Shown here: positions 47,501 to 59,800 of the stretch, one piece after another
How positions within the stretch are numbered: the first letter of the stretch is position 1
How the letters are laid out: each line of letters opens with the position of its first letter
Made by a program: the position numbers and the translations under genes
DNA from: Macrostomum lignano
Lineage: Eukaryota
Direction: 5' to 3'
NCBI GenBank assembly: GCA_002269645.1
Contig: NIVC01002656.1
Coordinates: 1 to 64,000, forward strand
Length of the DNA stretch: 64,000 nt
Notes under the pieces: generated by a model
Databases searched by the model: none
What the model was told of the DNA's origin: nothing
The model's input: the letters and a program-made list of their open reading frames with translations, nothing else

Positions 47501-49766
47501 CGCGAACGTCGGCGAGGGCCGCCTCCAGACCGAACTGGCGCCTCTTGGCCGTGTCCAGCCTCCGGTTGGTCTCCAGGAGGGCCGCCTCCTGCTCCCTGTT
47601 AGCCGCCTGCAGCGCCTCAACCGAAGCCTGCAGCCGACCAATCAGGTCGTCCTGCGCGGCCGCCTCCCTCGCTCGCTGATTGGCCAGCGACTCTCGCTGC
47701 CCGTTGGCCTCCATCAGGCGAGCCCGCAGGCCGTCCAGCTGCGCCCGGAGCTCCGCCTTCTCCCTCAGCTGGCGGTCGTGAGCGGAGCGCAGCTCACGGC
47801 GCAGATGCTCCGCTTGTTCGCGAGACTCGCGCAGCTCGCGCTCGGCTGAAGCTGGCGGCAGGAGAACCTCGGTGCGGGACAGTCGGGCTGACTGCTGCTG
47901 CTGATGGGGCTGGTAGTAGCCGGAGTGATGAAGCGGAGAGGCTGAGCTGGTGTAGTGCAGTCGCTGCTGAAGATTTGTAGCCGCCGCGGCTTGAGCGTCC
48001 AGTTTGCTGCTGCAGTGGAAAAGCAGTTCGACGCCCAGGCTCGATTCCAAGTGCAGTCACATTAATTTGAGCCTAAATTGGAATCTCGGCTTGTCTCTGC
48101 CCTCGTGCAATTAACACCTTTGAGGGCCGACCCCCTATCGATAAATAAAGTTAGGGCCGCTGTACACTCCTATGTGAGGGTGTGCCTGTGAGTACGTATC
48201 CGCTCAGGGGAATCGGTGAAATGGGCAGCAATGCCTCTCGCCGGTTATGTGACAATGTCGCTTAAATTTCTACAGGGTCCCTACACCCCGCGCCTCCAGC
48301 TAAAAAAAGTTTGAGAAGTTTCTCACCTCATCGTGTCCAACTCGTGCTGCTCTGCGCTGCTGTCAGCCAGATGATGGTAGTTTGAGGGCTGCAAGCAAAA
48401 CAAAAGCGAATTTTGTCGCTTTTTCAAAAACTTCCCGATATGTATCGTAGCAAATATTTCGAAGCGTGAAGTATTCGAGAAAATCGCTCACCCGACTGCC
48501 AGCACCGCCAGGTCCGGCAAGAATTGCGTCGACCGACGAACTGCGTTGGTTTCCCCTGAAGGGACTGCGGCTCTGATCTGCAATGCCGCGTGAGCTCTTC
48601 ATCATTTTCATCCATGGAAAATGCACAAGAAGCCAACTCTCTGATCCAATGTGAAGGGAAATGTCAGATAACAGAGGGAAATGTCAGATAACAGAGGGAA
48701 ATGTCAGATAACAGAGGGAAATGTCAGATAAACAGTGGGAAATGTCAGATACACACAAAGAAAAATGTCAGATACAGACAAAGAGAAATGTCAGATACAA
48801 ACAAAGAGAAATGTCAGATACCAACAAAGGGAAATGTCAGATACCAACAAAGAGAAATGTCAGATACCAACAAAGGGAAATGTCAGATACCAACAAAGAG
48901 AAATGTCAGATACCAACAAAGAGAAATGTCAGATACCAACAAAGAGAAATGTCAGATCTCAATATGGGACAAAACTGGTTATCCCAAACCGATTAGAAAG
49001 CTGACCTCGACTCCTGCCGGCGCGGCTGTGAGGTCGCGATGAAGAATCATAAAACGTTGGCGTATCTGGCGGAGGCGGCGGCTGCGGCGGCCTTTGGGTT
49101 ACTGCGGGCAAAGTTTATTTTTGTTTATAGTTTTAAGTGCAAAGTTTGTTGGATGTCGTGGTCAACTGTGAAGGAGGTTTTGCAAGTGTAAGTATAGAAA
49201 AGGAGCAGAAAAAGTGCTTAGAAAAAGAGCAGAGATAGATATAGAGCACTATTTGTGTAAGTTTCACAGTAGTAAATTACCTGAGTCTGTTTGGCTCCTA
49301 TCTGAAAACTCTGAGGATGCAATTAATGAGTTGGAAATTAATAGTCGTAGCGATAAGACCAATAATATATAGGACGAACGAAAACAATGACTTTGATGAT
49401 GCAATAACAATTAAATAAAACAAAACAATGCGGATAACACCTCACACGGGGTGTACAGCGGCCCTTGACTTTCTAATCGTCGAAACCAACGTATGAGTAG
49501 ATCTCAGTAAGAATTGGAGATTTTTTTACTTTAGTTACTCAAAAATTGAGAGGAGAGAAGAGAGAGAACAGTCAAATATAGGCAATCAAGTTGATATTCA
49601 GTGAACTCCTACAAATACCCTTTCGGCCCTTGCACTCACCATCGGACAGAATTTCATCAACCTGCGACCTCAAAATCGAGCCCTCCAATTCCAGTTGGCG
49701 AATCTGGTCGTCAAGCGATGCCCCATCGTGAGCAGCTGGCAGACCGGCCGACATGTAGGAAGCCAT
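35541..49766 (-). CDS. CCDC158: CCDC158-like long coiled-coil protein, 12 exons, 975 aa
   Basis: Exons 49766-49640, 49101-49006, 48577-48492, 48388-48327, 48009-47395, 45840-45634, 44576-44129, 42642-42299, 40155-39883, 37487-37253, 36532-36127, 35569-35541. All are GT-AG with matching phases; total 2928 nt. Segments [10 protein letters not shown]...[23 protein letters not shown] and [19 protein letters not shown] resemble human CCDC158 as recalled. The four 5' exons are less certain. Confidence 0.75.
35640..36117. repeat. 21-bp minisatellite (cacaatctgcacattacccaa)n, last CCDC158 intron
   Basis: Directly visible. Confidence 0.92.
36565..37040. repeat. 21-bp minisatellite (gatcccaatctaaaatcctca)n
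   Basis: About 22 units; degenerate copies continue to about 37250, with a short inverted block at about 37055-37140. Confidence 0.92.
37535..39880. repeat. 21-bp minisatellite (gggatcataggatttgagatt)n
   Basis: About 110 units filling one intron. Confidence 0.95.
40320..42290. repeat. 24-bp minisatellite (ccctaaaccctccagagaatccgc)n
   Basis: About 80 units filling one intron. Confidence 0.95.
42690..44113. repeat. 35-bp minisatellite (gattcagaaatctcaccctgagatctcttactgat)n
   Basis: About 40 units filling one intron. Confidence 0.95.
44643..45545. repeat. 7/8-mer compound array (agggtgag/agggtgac/aaggggac)
   Basis: Directly visible. Confidence 0.92.
45995..46303. repeat. Degenerate (ggggaattccaagca)-type array, resuming at 47305-47385 after the solo LTR
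   Basis: The same motif lies on both sides of the insertion. Confidence 0.75.
46304..47304 (+). mobile_element. Solo LTR (1001 bp) in a CCDC158 intron, antisense to the host gene
   Basis: TG...CA termini; 4-bp TSD GGAA (46300-46303, 47305-47308). Removing the insert restores the repeat unit ggggaattccaagc. CCAAT at 46432, 46552 and 46566; TATAAA at 46695; AATAAA at 47207. Confidence 0.7.
48655..48960. repeat. 20-23-bp minisatellite (gaaatgtcagataccaacaaaga)n
   Basis: Directly visible. Confidence 0.9.
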
Positions 49767-49897
49767 GCGGGAGCCTCAGACTCAAGCTAAGCGCTTTTCA
49801 ATAATCTGCTACGGTTTTTTTCTTGCTGAAATTTAATGCGTTTGGTCAAGGTGGCAGTCTGCATGTCCATTTCGCTGAACCACCGAGGCATGCACGC

Positions 49898-50653
49898 TCA
49901 CACAGGGTGTACAGCTGCCCCTGTAGCTTTCTTATCATCAGGCATGCACACTTTCTGTACGACCCCCCCCCCCAGGGTGCACAGCTGCCCCTGTAGCTTT
50001 CTTATAATCAGGGCATGCACACTTTCTGTACGACCCCCCCCCCCCAGGGTGCACAGCTGCCCCTGTAGCTTTCTTATAATCAGGGCATGCACACTTTCTG
50101 TACGACCCCCCCCCAGAGTGCACAGCTGCCCCTGTAGCTTTCTTATCATCAGGCATGCACACTTTCTGTACGACCCCCCCCCAGGGTGCACAGCTGCCCC
50201 TGTAGCTTTCTTATAATCAGGGCATGCACACTTTCTGTACGACCCCCCCCCCCCCCAGAGTGCACAGCTGCCCCTGTAGCTTTCTTATCATCAGGCATGC
50301 ACACTTTCTGTACGACCCCCCCCAGAGTGCACAGCTGCCCCTGTAGCTTTCTTATAATCAGGGCATGCACACTTTCTGTACGACCCCCCCCCCAGAGTGC
50401 ACAGCTGCCCCTGTAGCTTTCTTATCATCAGGCATGCACACTTTCTGTACGACCCCCCCAGGGTGCACAGCTGCCCCTGTAGCTTTCTTATAATCAGGGC
50501 ATGCACACTTTCTGTACGACCCCCCCCCCCAGGGTGTACAGCTGCCCCTGTAGCTTTCTTATCATCAGGCATGTACACTTTCTGTACGACCCCCCCCCCC
50601 TGGTGTACAGCTGCCCTTGTAGCTTTCTTATCATCAGGCATGTACACTTTCTG
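49898..50653. repeat. ~68-bp minisatellite with a variable poly-C tract, upstream of CCDC158
   Basis: About 11 units of agggtgcacagctgcccctgtagctttcttatcatcaggcatgcacactttctgtacgacccccc. Confidence 0.92.
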
Positions 50654-50681
50654 GCAAAGTGGCTCGCTTAATAAAGATAAG

Positions 50682-50850
50682 ATAAATAAAAGTATGAATC
50701 AACATAAATTGTATTTATTTAGTTTTATTGCCGATGCATTTCGTCCATAAGATAATTTGCATTTGCATTTGCATTTCGTGCAAATGGACGAAATGCATCG
50801 GCAATAAAACTAAATAAATACAATTTATGTTGATTCTTACTTTTATTTAT
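50682..50850. repeat. Near-perfect 67-bp inverted repeat with a 35-nt loop
   Basis: Arms at 50682-50748 and 50784-50850; 1 mismatch. Confidence 0.95.
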
Positions 50851-51459
50851 GTACACTTTCTGTACGAAGCCCCCCCATCCCTAAATTAACGTCGTGGCCG
50901 CACACTTACTACACTTCCTAATTGCTTTACTTAATTATTTTAATGAGAAACTTTCTCACACAGCGTCCATTTCAAATAAATCTAATTACCCTGCAAAACT
51001 GTTTTTCTTTTCAAAGACTAGATTAAGAAGACAGGTTTCTCACAGCACCACCGAGTCAAAGTATGAGTATAGCTCAGCACAGGGGGGGGGGTTCTATTTG
51101 TCTAAATAGATGGAGCTAAACAGCGTGTGCAGCACGAGTTTGAACAATGCCAGAATAGAAATTGAGTATACTACACACAGCAGACACACAGACCCTCAGC
51201 ATTCGGTACTCGCTTGAGCAGCCTGCCTGGCATTTTGGAATGTTTTCATGGTCAGCTTAAAAACTTTGCGAGCTAAATAGATAAAATAGGTGGCCTTTAC
51301 ATAGAGCGGAGCACTCAAAGTTAAGGTTTGCTAAATGTTAGCTTAAATGGCGACATTAATAAACAATACTTGGTCTTTCTGTCCATCTATCAGGGGCGTG
51401 GCGTGGACATGAGGGGCATCGCGGCCTTCAATAATGACATGGTGCAGAAGCCCCTTTTA

Positions 51460-51895
51460 ATGAAATGGCACCCCCTCAATAATGAAATGGCGCCCCTCAA
51501 TAATGAAATGGCGCCCTCATTCAATAATTAAATGGCGACCCTCAATAATGAAATGGCGCCCCCCCTCAATAATGAAATGGCGCCCTCATTCAATAATTAA
51601 ATGGCGACCCTCAATAATGAAATGGCGCCCCCCCTCAATAATGAAATGGCGCCCCCCCCTCAATAATGAAATGGCGCCCGCCTCAATAATGAAATGGCGC
51701 CCTCATTCAATAATGAAATGGCGCCCCTCAATAATGAAATGGTGCTCCCACTCAATAATGAAATGGCGCTCCCACTCAATAATGAAATGGCGCCACCACT
51801 CAATAATGAAATGGCGCCCATCAATAATGAAATGGCGCCCTTTTCCCTCTATAATGAAATGGCAGCCGCACTCAATAATGAAATGGCGCCCTCTC
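51460..51895. repeat. ~21-24-bp minisatellite (caataatgaaatggcgcccct)n
   Basis: Directly visible. Confidence 0.9.
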
Positions 51896-52616
51896 TAACA
51901 TTCTTATGAAGGTATCTTCACCTCACAGTCACAATTTCTCCCCTTATTTAGTTGTACCCATATTTTTGCCAAATCAATTTGTTACCAATTAAATGAAAGT
52001 TAAATTGATTATTAAAAAGTTTCAATAAAAAAATTTAAATAAAACGAAAAATGACATTTGGATAGTAGTTACTTCACTAGCTTTTTAAATATAACAAAAA
52101 CTCATATTTAAAAATAAATATCTAAATAAAGCATTTAGATTATTACATTATATACCACATGAGTTACAATTTATAACTTGAAACTAGACTTAAATTATTT
52201 TTTTAACCATGAGAATATATTTAAAGGCATGCTTTTCATGCCTTTTAAATAGGTAAATAAGTAAAAAATATAATAAAAAATAATGTATAAGCTATTATAT
52301 TTATTTTGTATTAGCAACAAATATTCTTTCTAACTGAATAAGAGACATAGTAGAGGGAACTTTAAAAGATTTTTTTTATAAAATAGAAAGAGAAGCAGCT
52401 CATTGAATCTATACTGTAGAGCAAAGAAATGTTATATTTAATTAATATTATCTACAATAGTCCCACATCAATATTTAAAGGCTTTGCCTAATAATTTTAC
52501 ATAACTGCCATACAACTCTGAAATTGCAAGTGACATAAGTTTCATAAACTTAAAAAAATTATTATCTTGCACAAATATCTTTTAAACAAAAACAGCATTT
52601 TAAGAATTAATAAGTA

Positions 52617-53588
52617 CTTCGGGTGTGTCATAAGTAATGTCACTGCAGGCTTCTGTCTAAAATATGTAGGCACATGGACTTGTGGGTAGCGTAGCTGCAA
52701 AGTATACTTAGTGAAGCAATACCAGTGCATTTGAGACGTGCATAGGTTGTTTATGGCCCAAGCTATCGCAAGAATACGCCAAGCAGATTTAGCAAGTGCA
52801 ACGCGATGAAAAATCGTCTATGCAGCGAACAAAAATCACCATGAATCTCGACAAGACGCCTGCATCAAGCAGATCCGCAAGGTGTTCAGCAGGCGGGGCT
52901 TGAATGACATCCTAAACTGCCTGGTTGCTGAGGATGAAAGCTGGCTCCACCTGGATGGCAAGGGCAGCAAGGCAGACAATCGCTGCTGGCTGGGAGCTGG
53001 GGACTCCAGGGCGACTGTGACCAGGAAGTCCATCTCGGACAAGAAGACCATGCTGCTGGTAGCCTTCACGCCAAACAAACGAGTCTCCATCTGCACAACT
53101 CCACCGAACACCAAGGTCGATGGCCAGTATTTTATCGACTTTGTCCGGCACACTGGAGACCTCTGGCGCAATCTCCGGTCAAATCCATGTCACCTGGACG
53201 AGGTTCTGTGGCAGATGGACACCGCACGGCTGCACACCTGTAAGGCTTTTTCGAATTTTCTGCCTGCATGGCGAGTGAATCTGCTCTAACACAGTCCCTA
53301 CAGCCCGGACTTCAACTTGTGCAAGAGATTCCTGTTCAAATGGCTGAAGGCTGAATTTTCCAAGAAGAGTTTCGCAAACCATGAAGAGGTAAAACAGGTC
53401 GCGTTGCACTGGTTACGGCAGTTGGAGGAAAAACACCTGTAGGCTGAGGTGGACAAGCTGTATGAGCACTGCCAGAGGGTGATTGATATTGGGGGACTCT
53501 ATGTTGTTGAGTGGTACAGTTTTGTTCATCTGCGATTGCAAGTTCGTCCGTTTTCACATCAGTGACATTACTTATGACACACCCGAAG
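52617..53588 (+). mobile_element. Mariner (DD34D-type) deletion derivative, non-autonomous
   Basis: Identical 29-bp TIRs (cttcgggtgtgtcataagtaatgtcactg) and TA TSD (52615-16, 53589-90). The transposase remnant reads AEDESW, WQMDTARLH, *HSPYSPDFNLCK: internal stops, third D replaced, N-terminal HTH missing. Confidence 0.92.
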
Positions 53589-55362
53589 TACATACAAAAT
53601 ATGTCGAAAAAACGAAATTGAATTAAGGTAGCAATCAAAAGGTTTATACATAATTCCGAATTAGATTATTATTACCCAGTCTGAAAAAATGGAATGGAAA
53701 ACAAACGTAAACAAACATATTACGAAATGAATGATTTTCTCTGGTGCTCCGTCAAATTTCACGAAATAAGTGTCATTTTCGAAATGATGAGATCATTTGG
53801 TTTGGTTATAGTAGTAAGACAATCAGCGAAACTTTTCTGTTAATATTAAACACTAAAAATCCTAAAGATATAGTTTTATCATCGCCACATATCATCAGCA
53901 CTAGCAATCAGCAATGTCAGCATCACAACGTGAAGAAACAGAATACGAACAACACGAAATGTTTCGAAAAAATTGACGTCCATTTGCATGTTGAAAAACT
54001 GAAGTAGCGCAAAATTAATAAACAATATAATTTCAAACAGAACCAGATTATTATTTTATGAGCTTTTGCTATAGTTTCCTGAAAGCAGCTCAGTCTAGTA
54101 AGCCCTTAGTTCTTTTTAAAGCGATACTATTTGTTAAAATATGAAATTTTACATTTTGTAATAAAATTATATCGCTTTTATAGCACTGGAGTTGGGAGTA
54201 GAATTTTCTTATCACATCCTCATCTGATACTTTTAACAACTCAGCCGTCTGTAGTACTAAATTAAAAAAATATATAGGCGAAAGGGCTTATAGGTCCCTG
54301 TTTATGCACTGTCTACACACGCGATCGTACCTTATTTACGTGCGGATCCATGCATGAGTACGCGCTTAAAGTTATCTCATCAAGATCGATTATACATTCG
54401 AAACGTTTAAACCATCCAAAACTTAACATTTAATTGTACGATATTATACTATAAGATGCATTAAGTAACACAATTCGATCGCATTATATCTCATGCAGTT
54501 AATCAAAAAAAACGTTTGTTGAAGACTAGCTTATATTACATGCACTGCGCTGTACAGCGCTGTACACTAAATGCACATGCTATATCTCGTATATTCATGC
54601 CCGTTTGAGAAACAACAGTTGGGTTGTAAGTAGCGGTACATCATGTACTTGTACAATTTTACCAACCTGTGTATGTATAGCTTTTGCAAATAAACCTTTA
54701 CAATACATATGTATGTCATTCTCTACGGATTGCAATTTTGAAAGCGCGGGGACGATTTTCAACGCGAGGACGAACGGCTGGGCGCAGCACTTTACATACG
54801 TATTTACTCCCTGCCTTGTGTTTAGAGACTTGTAATTCACATATTTTCATGCGTGCAGTTTTTGAGAATATTGAGACATATAGAGAGCGAGTATTATATT
54901 TATGTATCATAAAAGTATAATAATTACTGTCAGAAACACTTTTTCGTCCCCTAGCTTTCTTCGTTAATCTTTAATTTTATCTTCGTGCAGTATACTCTAC
55001 GATATCATATGCATGCACGAGCCGTACGAGTGGCGACGGACCATTCTGGCCCATCCGGCCATACTAAGCCGTCACATGTACAGAGCTAGAGTGCCTCCTT
55101 TGTTGGTGTTTCGTTTGTCACGAGCGAGGATGTACACTCACGCACTGCAATATAGAGTCACTTTCGCATACTGGTGAAACGTTTATACGGGCTCAAATTA
55201 ATTCTTCACTGGCTCATAGAAAAAAAATTCTATTTCACCAGCTATATAAGTATTTTGATAAAAAAAGTATTTTACTAGCTATAATCTGTTTATCAAAGTG
55301 TGTTAAATTTTATAGAAAAAAACAACGCACGCCACGATTTTGTACTCTAAAAGTCGGGTGCA

Positions 55363-55686
55363 CAACAATTGACTTGCCAAAATTTGACTGCCGACAATTT
55401 GACTGCGGACAAATGACCGCAGTCGGTCATTCTGCGGACAAATGACTGCCGACATAGGCAGTCAAACTGTTGGCCTTCAAATTGTCGGCAGTCAAATTGT
55501 CGGATTGTCGGCAGTCAAATTGTCGGCAGTCAAATTGTCGGCAGTCAAATTGTCGGCAGTCACATTGTCGGCAGTCGAATTGTCGGCAGTCACATTGTCG
55601 GCAGTCGAATTGTCGGCAGTCAAATTGTCGGCAGTCAAATTGTGGCAGTCAATTGTCGGCAGTCAAATTGTGGCAGTCAATTGTCG
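55363..55686. mobile_element. Foldback/MITE-like element of 15-bp repeats (ggcagtcaaattgtc) with inverted arms
   Basis: The left arm (acaacaattgac...aatttgactgccgacaatttgactgc) is the reverse complement of the expanded right arm, which ends gtcaattgtcgt. Confidence 0.55.
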
Positions 55687-57728
55687 TAGAATCTTAAAAG
55701 TCCCTACCAGCACGAACAGCTTATAACTGATACGACAGACAGAACTTAATTTCTATTCTAATGTACATGTACAGTGGACCAACATCCAGCTCCTGCATTC
55801 CGGCCTCTATTTTAGGGGAGTAGCAAAGTCATAAAACTGTCGATCTGTAAGCGTCTGCCTAGCCTAGTCCATAGCCATACAATTTACTCAGCTAAAGCTG
55901 TCGGAGAATTGGCAGTTCAAGAGAATGGCCCAAGCGAATAGCCAAGCACAGAACCGAGAAAAGCGAGCTACGACAGGGGGGAGAGAGAGGACAGATGAGC
56001 AAGCATAAACCCTCTGGAGTCCCCCGTGTTCTTTCCGTCTGTTAGTCTGTCTATTAAGGCTATTGGCTGGGTAACGGTAGTCGCAGTCCTCACTCGTATC
56101 CCTTGCCCCGATGTACACTCGTATACAGTGAGATGGACTGAATGAACTCGATGTAGTGGCCACAGCAACCTCAGAAAACGGCATACGCTGCGCCTCTACT
56201 AATGTCCAATTGTAAATACATAGCTTTAGTTGAATTCATTTTAACCAAAGGAAGGTCAAAGATTTGCATTTATTGTAGAATTGTTTTGAAGCTTGCCTTG
56301 ATCTATATTACGAGACCTTGATTTGCTTTGATTATTAACAAATTAAACGCGGCGGAGGTAAGTAAATTTGGTATTCTTTATTCTTGACGCTGAGTAATGC
56401 CATTTGTGATAGGGGCTCTACGCTCGTAAAATTCCAGGTGTGTCAGGGATCAGGGGGTGTCAGGACGCTAAAATATGCCAGCAGCAGGAGGTATCAGGGT
56501 GCAGGCCCATTGCTGATCTGCACCCGGGGCTAGATGGGAGGTGGCCCTTAGAGTGAACTTAGGAGTTACATGTAGAAGTGAGTTAGAGAGCATGAAGAGT
56601 ACTCTCTAGGAGCCCTGCTGGGTTTCAGACCTAGCTCCTAAACACTGCTATATCAATAAAGAGTTGGATATTGGAAATACATATTTCAGGTCTGGATGAC
56701 CATGCAGTTGTTATATCAAATATGGATGCTGCTTCCTCGTACAGATGGCCCTAGATACCAAAGCTCAGATACTCTTATCCATATCTGTGTACAATAGAAG
56801 TACGTCACACCGAATCCTTTCTAACAAGAGGCTTAATGAAATCGCTATTTCCAATTGCTAAAACTTCCTGTTGTAATTGATTTATCAATGTCAATATTGG
56901 TGACAGTAACAGTATTTCTTTCATCATTGATTTAGCTCAAAAATATTTGCTGAGAATTAAGTACAGTGATTGTTACTTCAATTGTAAAAAACTTTGTGGC
57001 TTGCTGCATGCCCTGTACTTTATAGGTTTTTCCGGTCAAATAGCCCCAACTCAAGTGCTCATGTGAATTACTCAGTTCAATTATGGAATTTTCAAGTCAA
57101 GTGACAACATGCCAAATTAAATTGCAAATGGTCAATTGTTTCAGTATGTGTTCTCTTCTGCTCAAGGTAATTTGCGCGTGACTTGGCTATATTGACAGAT
57201 AAACTGAATTTTATGCATCTGAGATGGCTATAGCAATCCCGTAACAGCAATGTCGGTGATATGAAAAAGTACATATTTGTCATCGACGTCGTTATATGTA
57301 GTAGTCGGAAAGTAGTCGTCGTTAGCTGCCGTCGTCAGATTGCTGTAGGGGTATGTTAAATTTGAGTTGTATATCATGGGCTACTTGACCGGGAAATCCT
57401 ATAATAGCATGCTGCCCCTCTAAAAATATTGCGCAATATGCACTCATGCCTTCTTCTATAGATACACTCCCTCACTCTCAGGACAGACTTGAGGTCCCAG
57501 TCAAGGCTCGTTCAAATTGGCCGTCAAATATGGCGATCACACGTACTGAAGTACATCAATTTTCATTCCTTTGTACGTTGGTTGAGTGATCTGATGGCAG
57601 TGTGAATTGGGCAGCTTTACGCATCGAATTCCACAACAATTTCAGCCGGCACCACACATGAGACCAGTTTGTGAGCTAGAACTGGATCCTATGCTATTAT
57701 AGCTACAGTCATCACAACAGCGATCACA

Positions 57729-58508
57729 ATGCGATTCCAGAAGAAGACCCTAATATTCTTCACCATCATGCTACCGACGATCATATTATGCATTATTCTG
57801 TTCCTCATTGCCTACTCCGGGCCGAAGCCGTCGCCCTACTGGCAGACAACGGGCGAGGAAGACACGTCAGACTTGCACCGTGGCCGACTCAACACCTGGG
57901 GCGAGTGCTCGGCCAGCCCGACTCTGCAAGCCGTTGTAGCTGTTGAGTCTGGCCAATCGGACGCGTCCGGCAGGGCGTTGCTTCGTCGATCGTGGCCTTG
58001 GCCAACTGAGCAACCTGCTGAAGCGCAGTTAATTTTCTTTATTCGCTATTCCGTTAACGCTAGCTGGGAGGATATTGTGCAGGAGTTCTATGCTCACAAC
58101 GATATGGTGCTGGACTCTGAGCAGCATCATAAGCAATTGTCGGAGTCTACACCTGACCGGAATGCAACTCAAATCGGTGAGTCAGAGCTGCTAACTGCGG
58201 CGACAGCCTGGATGCAGAATTACTGTCCGTCAGTTCGCTACCTTCTGTACGCCGATATTGCCACCACTCTGCAGCCGAAACTGTTGCCATGGTTACTAGA
58301 CTATCTGACTAACAAGACAGTGCCGCCTAATAGGAAGTCACCTCCGTTGCTAGGGCGGTGTCTCCTTATTGCTGACGGTCACAGGACCATTGTGACAAAT
58401 ATTAACAGGGATAACAATTTGAAAATAAGAAACAATAATGACAGAAATGCGTCTTGGTCACAGAATGAAAGTTATGGGTTATTAAATTATGAACAATTAT
58501 GCCTATAA
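57729..58508 (+). CDS. GT31 (beta-1,3-galactosyltransferase/fringe-like) type II membrane protein, degenerate or truncated
   Basis: N-terminal TM LIFFTIMLPTIILCIILFLIAY. GT31-like motifs AVVAVES...RALLRRSW, LIFFI, IVQEFYAHNDMV, WMQNYCPSVRYLLYAD. Similarity is lost after LLGRCL; possible donor at 58378. Confidence 0.7.
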   Translation: MRFQKKTLIFFTIMLPTIILCIILFLIAYSGPKPSPYWQTTGEEDTSDLHRGRLNTWGECSASPTLQAVVAVESGQSDASGRALLRRSWPWPTEQPAEAQLIFFIRYSVNASWEDIVQEFYAHNDMVLDSEQHHKQLSESTPDRNATQIGESELLTAATAWMQNYCPSVRYLLYADIATTLQPKLLPWLLDYLTNKTVPPNRKSPPLLGRCLLIADGHRTIVTNINRDNNLKIRNNNDRNASWSQNESYGLLNYEQLCL

Positions 58509-58794
58509 TAAGCTTCATTATTTCAAAGTTAAAGTTTTTTTAAATTCCGTAATCTTAATTTGTTTCGACTGCGATCAGAAAAATCAAAAGAAATAAAACT
58601 TTTTTTTGCAATTTTGAGGAACTGCTTTTGCTAAAATTTGAAGCGACTGTGTAATTTTCTTCTATTATTTTCAATATATATTTTGTCGTGGAACTAACAC
58701 AAAGTATTGAAATTTAGTAAATTTCATAATTTTTTCAATAGCCTTTGAAATTTTAAGTATTGAGTATGGATCTATGAAATAGTTCTTCGAAATT

Positions 58795-59800
58795 CCTCCC
58801 TGAGAATCTACCCCATAAATCTCTCCCTGAGAATCTACCCCATACATTAGATCTCTCCTTGAGAATCTACCCCATAGATCTCTCCCTGAGAATCTACCCC
58901 ATACATTAGATCTCTCCTTGAGAATCTACCCCATAGATCTCTCCATGAGAATCTACCCCATAGATCTCTCCATGAGAATCTACCCCATAGATCTCTCCCT
59001 GAGAATCTACCCCATAGATCTCTCCCTGAGAATCTACCCCATAAATCTCTCCCTGAGAATCTTCCCCATACATTAGAACTCTCCTTGAGAATCTACCCCA
59101 TAGATCTCTCCCTGATAATCTACCCCATACATTGGATCTCTCCTTGAGAATCTACCCCATAGATCTCTCCCTGATAATCTACCCCATACATTAGATCTCT
59201 CCTTGAGAATCTACCCCATAGATCTCTCCATGAGAATCTACCCCATAGATCTCTCCCTGAGAATCTACCCCATAGATCTCTCCCTGAGAATCTACCCCAT
59301 AAATCTCTCCCTGAGAATCTTCCCCATACATTAGATCTCTCCTTGAGAATCTACCCCATAGATCTCTCCCTGATAATCTACCCCATACATTGGATCTCTC
59401 CTTGAGAATCTACCCCATAGATCTCTCCCTGATAATCTACCCCATACATTAGATCTCTCCTTGAGAATCTACCCCATAGATCTCTCCCTAAGAATCTACC
59501 CCATAGATCTCTCCCTGATAATCTACCCCATACATTAGATCTCTCCTTGATAATCTACCCCATAGATCTCTCCCTGATAATCTACCCCATACATTAGATC
59601 TCTCCTTGAGAATCTACCCCATAGATCTCTCCATGAGAATCTACCCCATAGATCTCTCCCTGAGAATCTACCCCATAGATCTCTCCCTGAGAATCTACCC
59701 CATAGATCTCTACCTGAGAATCTACCCCATAGATCTCTCCCTGAGAATCTAACCCATAGATCTCTCCCCGAGAATCTAACCCATAAATCTAACCCTGAGA
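58795..59800. repeat. 27-bp minisatellite (gagaatctaccccatagatctctccct)n with 33-bp variants
   Basis: Directly visible. Confidence 0.93.
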
